Shown here in pieces: positions 29,341 to 39,089 of a stretch of 64,000 nt of DNA; position 1 is the stretch's first letter; every line of letters starts with the position of its first letter. Source of the stretch: an uncultured bacterium (GTDB taxonomy: Bacteria > SAR324 > NAC60-12). The stretch is taken from positions 96,001 through 160,000 of the forward strand of contig CBFIGY010000001.1 of the NCBI GenBank assembly GCA_965662235.1, read 5' to 3'. Position numbers and translations under genes: made by a program. Below the pieces are notes generated by a model. That model was not told where the DNA came from, searched no databases, and worked only from the letters and a program-made list of their open reading frames with translations.

Positions 29341-31296
29341 ATGAAGCGTTTTCTCACGGGGTGGTTTGCCCTTGTTGTGCTCCTGACCACTGTGGGAGTG
29401 GCTCAGGCTCAGTTTGAAGACCCGGACATTCCGGACCAGGTGGTGGAGCTGTCGGTGCAGCTGGAGCCATCCGATCCTCGCCCCGGCGAGCACGCCCGAC
29501 TGGTGGCCACCCTGAAGATTCACCCCGGCTGGCACGTGTACTCGGTGGTTCCGGCAGAAGGGGACTTTGCCCCGATTGCCACTTCGTTGCAGCTGACGGC
29601 AGACCCTCTGATCACCGAAGGGCCGTTGTATGAGTCCAATCCGGAAGTGGGAGAGGATCCCATTCTCGAGATGCTGCTGGCGTATCACAAGGAAGAGGCT
29701 CGCATCTTCCAGAACCTGCAGGCCCCGGAAGGTGCTGCAGCTCGGGCCCTAGAGGTTTCTGGAGCCCTGCGCTTTCAGGCGTGCAGCGACCGCGTGTGCT
29801 TGCCTCCGGAAGCCCTGAACTTCACTGCAACGGGGCAGCTGACTTCCGGCCCCGTCCGCGAGGAGTATGCCGTGGCTCAGTACGCCATTGATGAGGTTCC
29901 CGTTGCGGGTGCGGTCACGGGCGGTGCTTCCGGCAGCGAACTGGAGCAGGCCCTCTCCGGTGGACTGATGGGCTTTTTGGGACTGGCGGCAGTGGCAGGA
30001 CTTCTGGCGCTGCTGACCCCGTGTGTCTTCCCCATGATTCCCATCACGGTGGCCTTCTTCACCAAGCAGGGAGAAAAGGAGGGCTCCAGCACCTTCCGGT
30101 TGGCCTTCATCTTCGGCGCCGGCATTGTCGGCACCTACACCGTTACCGGAATGGGGCTTTCCGCATTGCTGGGAGCTTCTGGAGCCGTACAGATTGCCAC
30201 CAACGGGTGGGTGAATCTGGCCATTGGCGCCATGTTCACCGTGTTTGCCCTCAGCCTGATGGGCTTCCTCAACCTTGCGCTCCCGGCCGGTCTGAGTGGA
30301 CGGGCCGACCAGTGGTCCCGGAGCTACGGTGGGGTGATCGGGGTGCTGCTGATGGGCTTCGTCTTCACCCTCACGTCCTTCACCTGCACCGTCCAGTTTG
30401 TGGGCACCTTGCTGATTGCTGCCTCTCAGGGGCACTGGCTCTGGCCGCTGGTGGGAATGATTGTCTTTGCAACCGTCTTTGCCTTCCCGTTCTTTCTGCT
30501 CGGGCTCTTCCCACGGCTCATTCAGACCCTGCGGGGCCGTTCCGGAGACTGGATGGAGCACCTGAAGGTGATCCTTGGCTTCCTGGAACTGGCAGCAGCC
30601 TTCAAGTTTTTCAGCAACACCGACCTGGTGTGGCAGTGGGGAGTGATCGACCGGGACTTTGTCATCACCGCTTGGGTGGTGCTGGCGGTGCTGGCAGCCT
30701 TCTTTCTACTGGGTTCTGTGGCCGTGCACCACGTCCGGGTGCAACAGAGCAGCCTTGCCGGCTTCGTGGGGGCACTGGTGTTCCTCATGCTCGGGGTCTA
30801 CCTGACTCGGGGGCTCGGAGGAACGCCTCTGAATCCGTGGGTGGACACCTACCTGCCTCCGGAACTCTCCGCCAACGCAGCACTTCCCAACGCCCTGTCA
30901 GCTTCACGAGGAGCCGCGAACTCGCTGGATCATCAGTCGGTGGAATCACTCCCGTGGCAAACCGACCTGCAGGCCGCGTTGGTTCAGGCCCGGACTGAGG
31001 GCAAGCGCGTGTTTGTGGACTTCACCGGCTACACCTGTGTGAACTGCCGCTGGATGGAAAAGAACGTCTTTGCGCATCCGGAGGTGCTGGCACGCTTTGA
31101 AAAAGACTTCATCCTCGTGCAGCTCTACACAGACGGCGGAGACGATGCTGAGGTCAATCAGCAGCTGCAGATTGAGCGCTTCAACACCGTGGCGCTGCCG
31201 CTGTACGTGGTGCTGGACGCAAACGATCAGGTGCAGGCCCGTCACGCTGGCATCCTCAAGCCAGTGGAAGCCTTCCTCAAGTTCCTCGGCGGCTGA
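29341..31296 (+). CDS. dsbD: DsbD-family thiol:disulfide interchange protein (N-terminal Ig-like, CcdA-type membrane domain, thioredoxin)
   Basis: QACSDRVCLPP, LLTPCVFPMIPIT, SFTCT, DFTGYTCVNCRWME. Confidence 0.88.
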   Translation: MKRFLTGWFALVVLLTTVGVAQAQFEDPDIPDQVVELSVQLEPSDPRPGEHARLVATLKIHPGWHVYSVVPAEGDFAPIATSLQLTADPLITEGPLYESNPEVGEDPILEMLLAYHKEEARIFQNLQAPEGAAARALEVSGALRFQACSDRVCLPPEALNFTATGQLTSGPVREEYAVAQYAIDEVPVAGAVTGGASGSELEQALSGGLMGFLGLAAVAGLLALLTPCVFPMIPITVAFFTKQGEKEGSSTFRLAFIFGAGIVGTYTVTGMGLSALLGASGAVQIATNGWVNLAIGAMFTVFALSLMGFLNLALPAGLSGRADQWSRSYGGVIGVLLMGFVFTLTSFTCTVQFVGTLLIAASQGHWLWPLVGMIVFATVFAFPFFLLGLFPRLIQTLRGRSGDWMEHLKVILGFLELAAAFKFFSNTDLVWQWGVIDRDFVITAWVVLAVLAAFFLLGSVAVHHVRVQQSSLAGFVGALVFLMLGVYLTRGLGGTPLNPWVDTYLPPELSANAALPNALSASRGAANSLDHQSVESLPWQTDLQAALVQARTEGKRVFVDFTGYTCVNCRWMEKNVFAHPEVLARFEKDFILVQLYTDGGDDAEVNQQLQIERFNTVALPLYVVLDANDQVQARHAGILKPVEAFLKFLGG

Positions 31297-31320
31297 GCCC
31301 GCCTCAGGTTTTCATTACGT

Positions 31321-31361
31321 AAAAGAGAAATCAGGAGAAGAAGGCCCGGAGGTTCCGGGCC
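31321..31361 (-). terminator. Intrinsic terminator of glnA
   Basis: GGCCCGGA/TCCGGGCC stem followed on the minus strand by TTCTTCTCCTGATTTCTCTTTT. Confidence 0.6.
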
Positions 31362-31421
31362 GGAGGGACCTTCTGAGGGGCAGGAGAAGGAGGCCAGGCG
31401 GCCTCCTCTGCCTGCTGGGGC

Positions 31422-32828
<1,407 letters not shown>

Positions 32829-32944
32829 AAAACTCTGTTTCGTTCAGATTGAGCAAAATTTGGGAGGCAGGCCAGAGCGCTTCCCGGTGCCGTGCCGCAA
32901 ACGCAGGCTGAAGCGACTGCGGATGATGCATTCCCCCTCCCTGC

Positions 32945-32960
32945 AGCAAGAAGCGATCCA
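32945..32960 (-). promoter_or_regulatory. Putative sigma54 (-24/-12) promoter of glnA
   Basis: Minus strand TGGATCGCTTCTTGCT = GG-N10-GC with TTGC. Confidence 0.6.
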
Positions 32961-33013
32961 CCCCCGCAAACCCGCTAAAATCAAGGCTTTGCTGCAGAAT
33001 AAGTGACAAAATG

Positions 33014-33049
33014 CGCACAAAAAATAGGCGTTTGCTTAATTTATGATCA
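33014..33049. promoter_or_regulatory. Two NtrC-like enhancer boxes upstream of glnA
   Basis: CGC-ACAAAAAATAG-GCG (33014-33030) and TGC-TTAATTTATGA-TCA (33033-33049); TGC-N11-GCA-like with AT-rich cores. Confidence 0.55.
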
Positions 33050-33148
33050 CCCCACCCAGACACGGTTTCAACTGGCCCCTTGTGTTCGTTGTGCTAGGCT
33101 TGACCTCGGTTGACTCAACGCCCTCAAACCCTTCACCCAGACCGTCAC

Positions 33149-34063
33149 ATGGAACCGACATCTCCTGAAACTCCCGCGACTTCCCCCCGGACTCGCAAAC
33201 CGGCTTGGCTCAAAGTGCCCTTCCCCGGAGGAGAGCGCTTCAACTGGATCAAGGAAAAATCAAAAACCCTGAAGCTGGCCACGGTTTGTGAGGAAGCTCG
33301 GTGCCCCAACATTGGGGAGTGCTGGAACAGCGGCACGGCGACCTTCATGCTCATGGGCGAAACCTGCACCCGCGGATGCCGCTTCTGCTCCGTCAACACC
33401 GCCAAGCGCCCTGGCGCCCTCGACATGGAGGAGCCCCGGAACCTAGCTGAGACCATCACCGGCATGGAGCTGACCTACGTGGTCCTCACCACAGTGGACC
33501 GAGACGATCTGGAAGACCAAGGGGCCGGACACATCGCACGCTGCATCCGGGCCACCCGTCGAGCCAACCCGCAGCTGCTGGTGGAAATCCTCATGCCCGA
33601 CTTCCGGGGCGACCTGTCCTGCGTGCAGCAGGTCATCGACACCGGCGCCGAAGTTCTGGCCCACAACGTTGAGACCGTCGAACGCCTCACCCCTCGCGTC
33701 CGCGACCCCCGGGCCGGCTACCAGCAGTCGCTGGATGTGCTGAAGTACCTCAAGGACCAGGCTCCGGAACGCTACACCAAATCGTCCCTCATGCTGGGTC
33801 TGGGTGAGACGCAGGACGAGGTGGTTGAAGCCATGGAAGCGATGCGGGCAGTGGATGTCGACTTCCTGACCCTGGGACAGTACCTTCAGCCCACGCACAA
33901 GCACCTCAAGGTGGAGCGCTTTCTGCCTCCGGAAGAGTTCGAAGAGCTGAAGACCATCGGCGAGTCCCTCGGTTTCCAGTACGTGGCTGCAGGACCGCTG
34001 GTTCGCAGTTCGTACAAAGCCGCTGAATTTTACATTGAACGCACCATTCGGGCCCGCGCATGA
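33149..34063 (+). CDS. lipA: Lipoyl synthase
   Basis: [22 protein letters not shown] radical-SAM motif, HNVETV, GQYLQP, LVRSSY. Confidence 0.97.
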   Translation: MEPTSPETPATSPRTRKPAWLKVPFPGGERFNWIKEKSKTLKLATVCEEARCPNIGECWNSGTATFMLMGETCTRGCRFCSVNTAKRPGALDMEEPRNLAETITGMELTYVVLTTVDRDDLEDQGAGHIARCIRATRRANPQLLVEILMPDFRGDLSCVQQVIDTGAEVLAHNVETVERLTPRVRDPRAGYQQSLDVLKYLKDQAPERYTKSSLMLGLGETQDEVVEAMEAMRAVDVDFLTLGQYLQPTHKHLKVERFLPPEEFEELKTIGESLGFQYVAAGPLVRSSYKAAEFYIERTIRARA

Positions 34064-35346
34064 CCGACTCCTTGATTCTGGAGCCCATTCAACAGATCTC
34101 CGGGACCGTCTCGCTGCCCGGCTCCAAAAGCCTCTCCAACCGCATCCTCCTCCTAGCCTGCCTAGCTCAGGGACAAACGGAGGTCCGGAACCTTCTTGAC
34201 AGCGAGGACATCCGGATGATGGTCGGCGCCATGGACGCCTTAGGAGTCTCCTTTACAGAAGATCGAGACGCCCACACCCTCACTGTTGCAGGCGAAGGGG
34301 CCCCCTTCCGTTCCTCCGGTGCCGAGCTGATGCTGGGAAATGCCGGCACTGCCATGCGTCCCCTCACCGCAGCACTGACTCTGGGGTCCGGACGATTTGT
34401 CCTCGATGGCATTCCCCGCATGCGGGAGCGTCCGATTCAAGACCTGGTGGAGGCGCTCTCGCAGCTGGGGGCCACCATTCACTGTCCCTTGGGCAACGGT
34501 TGTCCTCCTGTGGAGATCCACGCCTCCGGGCTGCCCGGCGGCACCGCACAGGTCAAGGGTTCCATCAGCAGCCAGTACCTCACGGCTCTGCTCATGGCTG
34601 CGCCTTACGCCCAGAGCGACGTTTCACTGGAAATCACTGACACCCTTGTGTCGCAGCCTTATGTGGACATGACCTTGCGCCTGATGGAGCGCTTTGGGGT
34701 GCAGGTGGAGAACGACCAGTTCCGGCGGTTTCACATCCGCAGTGGCCAGACCTACCAGAGTCCCGGAGTCGCTTTTGTCGAAGGAGATGCCTCCTCTGCC
34801 TCCTACTTTCTCGCTGGCGCGGCCATCACCGGAGGCACCGTCACCGTGGAAGGGTGTGGCACCGAAAGCCTGCAGGGAGACGCCCGCTTTGCCGAAGTCA
34901 TGGAACTCATGGGGGCCTCTGTTGAGTGGCAGGCCAACTCGGTCACCGTGACGGGAACCGGCGTGCTCAAGGGGGTGGATGTGGACATGAACCGGATGCC
35001 GGATGCGGCCATGACCCTAGCGGTCGCGGCGCTGTTTGCTTCTGGAGAAACCACCATCCGCAACATCTACAACTGGCGCGTCAAGGAAACCGAACGGGTT
35101 CAGGCGGTCTCCACAGAACTGAGAAAGCTGGGCGCCACCGTTGAAGAAGGCTACGACTTCATTGTCATCAACCCACCTCCCCGGGTGCTGCCGGCCTCCA
35201 TCGACACCTACGATGACCACCGCATGGCAATGGCCTTCTCGCTTGCCGCCTGCGGGAATGCTGCTGTCGAGATCCGGGACCCCGGTTGTACCCGCAAGAC
35301 GTTCCCTGACTACTTTGACGTCCTCTCAGGGCTGATTCACCGGTAA
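34060..35346 (+). CDS. aroA: 3-phosphoshikimate 1-carboxyvinyltransferase (class I EPSPS)
   Basis: [45 protein letters not shown]. Confidence 0.98.
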   Translation: MTDSLILEPIQQISGTVSLPGSKSLSNRILLLACLAQGQTEVRNLLDSEDIRMMVGAMDALGVSFTEDRDAHTLTVAGEGAPFRSSGAELMLGNAGTAMRPLTAALTLGSGRFVLDGIPRMRERPIQDLVEALSQLGATIHCPLGNGCPPVEIHASGLPGGTAQVKGSISSQYLTALLMAAPYAQSDVSLEITDTLVSQPYVDMTLRLMERFGVQVENDQFRRFHIRSGQTYQSPGVAFVEGDASSASYFLAGAAITGGTVTVEGCGTESLQGDARFAEVMELMGASVEWQANSVTVTGTGVLKGVDVDMNRMPDAAMTLAVAALFASGETTIRNIYNWRVKETERVQAVSTELRKLGATVEEGYDFIVINPPPRVLPASIDTYDDHRMAMAFSLAACGNAAVEIRDPGCTRKTFPDYFDVLSGLIHR

Positions 35347-35420
35347 CCTCTGGGCGCTCCCCACCTCAGGAGCGCCTCCGGCACCCACTCTGCCTCCACC
35401 CACTCATTTCCTCGGGCACC

Positions 35421-36230
35421 ATGACACCGCCCCTCCTGCACGCCATTCACCTCTACCCCATCAAGTCCTGCAAGGGCCTCTCGGTTCCTGAAGCGGAAAT
35501 CACGCCCCGGGGCCTCAAGCACGATCGACGCTGGATGATTGTCGATGACCAGGGACACTTCCTCACTCAGCGCAGCCTGGCACAGTTGGCCCTCATTGAC
35601 GTTCAACTGGAAGGAGACCAGCTGCTCCTCCAGGTGCCAGAACAGCCCCTTGTGCGCCTGCCCCTAGAGCCCCAAGAAGGCGAGTGGCAAAACGTGCTGG
35701 TCTGGGAAGACCAGGTTCCGGCGCTCCAGCCCAGCCCAGAAGCCAATCAGGCCCTTCAGGCCTTTCTAGGACAACCCTGCGCCCTCGTGTTCCAGCCCGA
35801 AAGCACACACCGTCCGGTGGATCCGGACTACGGACAGCCGGAAGACCTGGTGTCCTTTGCCGATGGCTTTCCACTCCTGCTGGCCACCGAAGCGTCTCTG
35901 GAGGAACTCAACCGGCGCCTGGAGCAGCCTGTCACGATGCAGCGCTTCCGGCCCAACTTGGTCGTTGCCAACACCGCCCCGCACGCGGAAGATCACTGGC
36001 CCCGCCTCCGGATTGGCACCACGGCCTTCCGCAGCGTGAAGCCCTGTGCCCGCTGCGTGATGACCACCGTTGATCCGCAAGCAGGCGCCCGTGACGGAAA
36101 GGAACCACTTGCCACCCTTGCCACTTACCGGAAGTTTGGCGGCAAGGTGATGTTTGGGCAAAACCTCATCCCCGACCTTCCGGAAGCCGGTGCCTGCCTG
36201 CGGGTGGGGGATGCCGTGGAGGTTTTTTAG
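35421..36230 (+). CDS. MOSC domain protein (YcbX/mARC-like)
   Basis: YPIKSC, DRRWMIVD, FADGFPLL, RFRPNLV, KPCARC, FGQN. Confidence 0.9.
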   Translation: MTPPLLHAIHLYPIKSCKGLSVPEAEITPRGLKHDRRWMIVDDQGHFLTQRSLAQLALIDVQLEGDQLLLQVPEQPLVRLPLEPQEGEWQNVLVWEDQVPALQPSPEANQALQAFLGQPCALVFQPESTHRPVDPDYGQPEDLVSFADGFPLLLATEASLEELNRRLEQPVTMQRFRPNLVVANTAPHAEDHWPRLRIGTTAFRSVKPCARCVMTTVDPQAGARDGKEPLATLATYRKFGGKVMFGQNLIPDLPEAGACLRVGDAVEVF

Positions 36231-37679
36231 ATGGCCCGAGTGGTCATGTTTCAGGGCACCGGGTCCGGTGTGGGGAAGAGCCTGCTGGCGGCAGGATTCT
36301 GCCGGTGGCTCCGAAACGAGGGCTTCCGGGTCCGTCCCTTCAAGGCCCAGAACATGGCCCTCAACTCGGGAGTCACTCCAGATGGCAAGGAAATCGGACG
36401 CGCCCAGATGCTGCAGGCAGAGGCCTGTGGCGTCGAGCCGGATGTGCGCATGAACCCCATCCTCCTCAAGCCTCAGGGCCCCGGAGTCTCTCAGCTCATC
36501 CGCCTAGGAGAAGCCGTGGGCGTTTGCTCAGCCCGTGACTACTACACGCTGTTTCCGGAAAACTTTGCCACCGTTCAGCAGGCCTTTGCGTCGTTGCAGG
36601 AAGAGGCCGACTGGATGGTCATTGAAGGAGCCGGCAGCCCGGCTGAGATCAACCTGCAGGCCACAGACATCGTCAACATGCGCATGGCCGAGCATGCCCA
36701 GGCCCGGGTGATTGTGGTGGGAGACATCGATCGTGGAGGAGTGTTTGCGTGGATGAAGGGAACCTACGACCTGGTGCAGGACCACCATCGGCCCCTCATC
36801 GCCGGCTTCCTGATCAACAAGTTCCGGGGCGACGTCACGCTGCTGCAGCCCGGAATCGACCAGTTTGCCCAATGGGTGCCGGCCCCGGTGCTCGGAGTCA
36901 TCCCGTGGCGTGAGTTTGCCCTTGAGGATGAAGACTCGCAAAACGTCCGCTCCCGCCTGGTTCCCAACGCGCGCCTAGAAGTGGCCATCATCCGGACGCC
37001 CTACCTTTCCAATTTCTCCGACTTCGACCCCCTCAAGCAGGTGCCTGACGTCTCCGTCCGGTTCACCAAAAATGTGGACGACCTGGCCTCGGCACACCTG
37101 ATTGTGCTCCCTGGAAGCAAAAACACCGGACACGACCTCCGCTTTCTGCATGAATCCGGGTTTGCGTCAGAACTGCAGCGGCTCCGTGGAAAAAAGTGGG
37201 TGCTGGGGATCTGTGGCGGGTACCAAATGCTCGGAGAGGTGGTCGCCGATCCGGAAGGAGTCGAGTCGGAAGGACAGTGCGAAGGCCTCGGCTTCCTGCC
37301 CCTCCGGACTCAGATGGGACGCCAGAAGACCCTGACGCGCCAGACTTATTCAGGCATCGGCTGGCTGGAGGGACTCCGTTGGCCGGCTTACGAAATTCAT
37401 CATGGCCAAACCGCAACCACGTCTCCTCACGCGAGCTTTCGCCCCTTTGTTGCCGAAGCGCCAGACCTAGGCGTGCTGGATCCGGATCAGAAGGTGATCG
37501 GAACCTACCTGCATGGCTTTCTGGACACTCCAGACGTGCTCCAGCGTGTGCTGGCCTGCCTGGACCCCGAGCCGTTTGCGCTGCCCCAGGCCTTTGCCGA
37601 CCTGAAGCAGCAGGAGCTCGATGCCCTTGCCCACTTCCTTGCCGAAAGCTGTGACGTGCCCCGGGTGCTCGGACTTTAG
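36231..37679 (+). CDS. cobQ: Cobyric acid synthase
   Basis: QGTGSGVGKS, PFKAQNM, EGAGSPAEINL, DIDRGG, GICGGYQMLG, GTYLHG. Confidence 0.95.
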   Translation: MARVVMFQGTGSGVGKSLLAAGFCRWLRNEGFRVRPFKAQNMALNSGVTPDGKEIGRAQMLQAEACGVEPDVRMNPILLKPQGPGVSQLIRLGEAVGVCSARDYYTLFPENFATVQQAFASLQEEADWMVIEGAGSPAEINLQATDIVNMRMAEHAQARVIVVGDIDRGGVFAWMKGTYDLVQDHHRPLIAGFLINKFRGDVTLLQPGIDQFAQWVPAPVLGVIPWREFALEDEDSQNVRSRLVPNARLEVAIIRTPYLSNFSDFDPLKQVPDVSVRFTKNVDDLASAHLIVLPGSKNTGHDLRFLHESGFASELQRLRGKKWVLGICGGYQMLGEVVADPEGVESEGQCEGLGFLPLRTQMGRQKTLTRQTYSGIGWLEGLRWPAYEIHHGQTATTSPHASFRPFVAEAPDLGVLDPDQKVIGTYLHGFLDTPDVLQRVLACLDPEPFALPQAFADLKQQELDALAHFLAESCDVPRVLGL

Positions 37680-37681
37680 GT

Positions 37682-37873
37682 TCAGCCCGTCAGGGAACGG
37701 TCCTGCCGAAAAACCCAGTAGTCCACACTGCGGCAGCGGCCAATCTTTTGGGGAGAACTGGGAATTTCCGGAGGCAGAACCTCAATTTCGCCTCCACGCC
37801 GGAGGAATTCACGGACGTGCTCTTGGATCAACAAATCGCTGTGCTTCTGCCCTTCAATCCTGGTACTTGGCAT
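37682..37873 (-). CDS. Small protein resembling the SutA RNA-polymerase-binding domain
   Basis: EHVREFLRRGGEIEVLP resembles the EFLxRGGxV motif of Pseudomonas SutA; GAGGGG SD. Confidence 0.6.
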   Translation of the reverse strand: MPSTRIEGQKHSDLLIQEHVREFLRRGGEIEVLPPEIPSSPQKIGRCRSVDYWVFRQDRSLTG

Positions 37874-38074
37874 AACCCCTCATTGAAGAAATAGGATCCG
37901 GGAACGGGTGCGTCTAGATTCGCGCTCGTGCGTTTGCCTTCAATAATTGCCGAGTGAGAAATTCATTAAAAACTCCGTAAAACGCCATGAATTTTGCAGG
38001 AGTTGAGGCAAAAAGCAACTGATTGGCACCGGTTTCCGATCTTTTTGTGATTCTTAACCTCTCGTTTATTCTGC

Positions 38075-38497
38075 ATGCCAGCCCTCACTCCAGACGCCAT
38101 CCGCTACCTTGTTGTGCACTGTTCCGCTACTCCAGATGACCAACCTCTGACTGCCCGAGACATCCATGAGATGCACCTAGGGTTTGGCTGGGATGGCATC
38201 GGCTACCACCGAGTCATCCGACGCGATGGCACCGTTGAGTCGGGCCGTCCGGACTACTGGGTGGGGGCCCATGTGAAGGGGCGCAACACGGAAAGCCTCG
38301 GCGTTTGCCTGATCGGCATTGATGAATTTACCCCTGCTCAGTTTACTTCTTTGGAACAGGTCCTCCGGACGTGGCAGGCCGAGTACCCGCACGCCACCAT
38401 CCTCGGACACCGAGACATGGGAAATACCGATAAGACCTGTCCGAACTTCGACGTCCGGACCTGGTGGGACGCTCGAAACAAAGGGGCTGGCGTTTGA
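38075..38497 (+). CDS. N-acetylmuramoyl-L-alanine amidase, T7-lysozyme-like (Amidase_2)
   Basis: LVVHCSAT, GWDGIGYH, GAHVKG.N..SLGVCLIG, GHRD, KTCPNFDV (Zn ligands H, H, C and catalytic Y); no signal peptide. Confidence 0.92.
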   Translation: MPALTPDAIRYLVVHCSATPDDQPLTARDIHEMHLGFGWDGIGYHRVIRRDGTVESGRPDYWVGAHVKGRNTESLGVCLIGIDEFTPAQFTSLEQVLRTWQAEYPHATILGHRDMGNTDKTCPNFDVRTWWDARNKGAGV

Positions 38498-38586
38498 AAA
38501 ATCGGCTGTTACCATGGCAGTCCTTTATTTTCTCAGGGGAGTGGCCGGACTCCCTCCTGCAAACGCCTAGATCACGAGACGTGTGC

Positions 38587-38931
38587 ATGTCCATGCCTTT
38601 ACTGAAAATCAACCACGGCTATTACCTCTTGCTGGAAGACACCGGGCGCTCGGTCCTGGGGCACTACATCCTCTTCCGCGATCCGCATGAACTGCGAGAG
38701 CCCGAACGACGAGCGTGGGTGCTGCGTGCCGAAAATACCGAAGACCGCCGCTTTCGCATCCGCATGGCCGTGGTCGAGGCCATCTTTGGGCATCACTATC
38801 ACCTGCACTCCGATTGCTACGACCACCAGACCACCCTCTATCACTTCTTACAGGCAGCGCCCGAAGACCTGACCACCCGCATTGAAGACTGGTGGATTCT
38901 GCACAATGAAACCCCCTCGCTCCTGTCCTAA
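38587..38931 (+). CDS. Hypothetical protein with a His-rich patch
   Basis: ORF with host-like codon usage; HHYHLHSDCYDH; start could be 38593. Confidence 0.6.
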   Translation: MSMPLLKINHGYYLLLEDTGRSVLGHYILFRDPHELREPERRAWVLRAENTEDRRFRIRMAVVEAIFGHHYHLHSDCYDHQTTLYHFLQAAPEDLTTRIEDWWILHNETPSLLS

Positions 38932-39089
38932 ACGCTGGCATCGGCCCTCACAAGCCCTTTCCGTACGTATCTGTTTGACCGGTTGCGTCATTTTTCCTAA
39001 TCTCAAGGGCGCGCCGTCCTCACTGTTTGACCGTAGCGGACGCCTGTTCCCCTCAATTTCCTAATCTTTGCTCCGAGGAGCCCCGTCTC

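Noticed and set aside
38023..38039. TTGGCAC sigma54 -24 element upstream of the amidase
   Set aside because: No GC at the -12 position (reads TTCCG).
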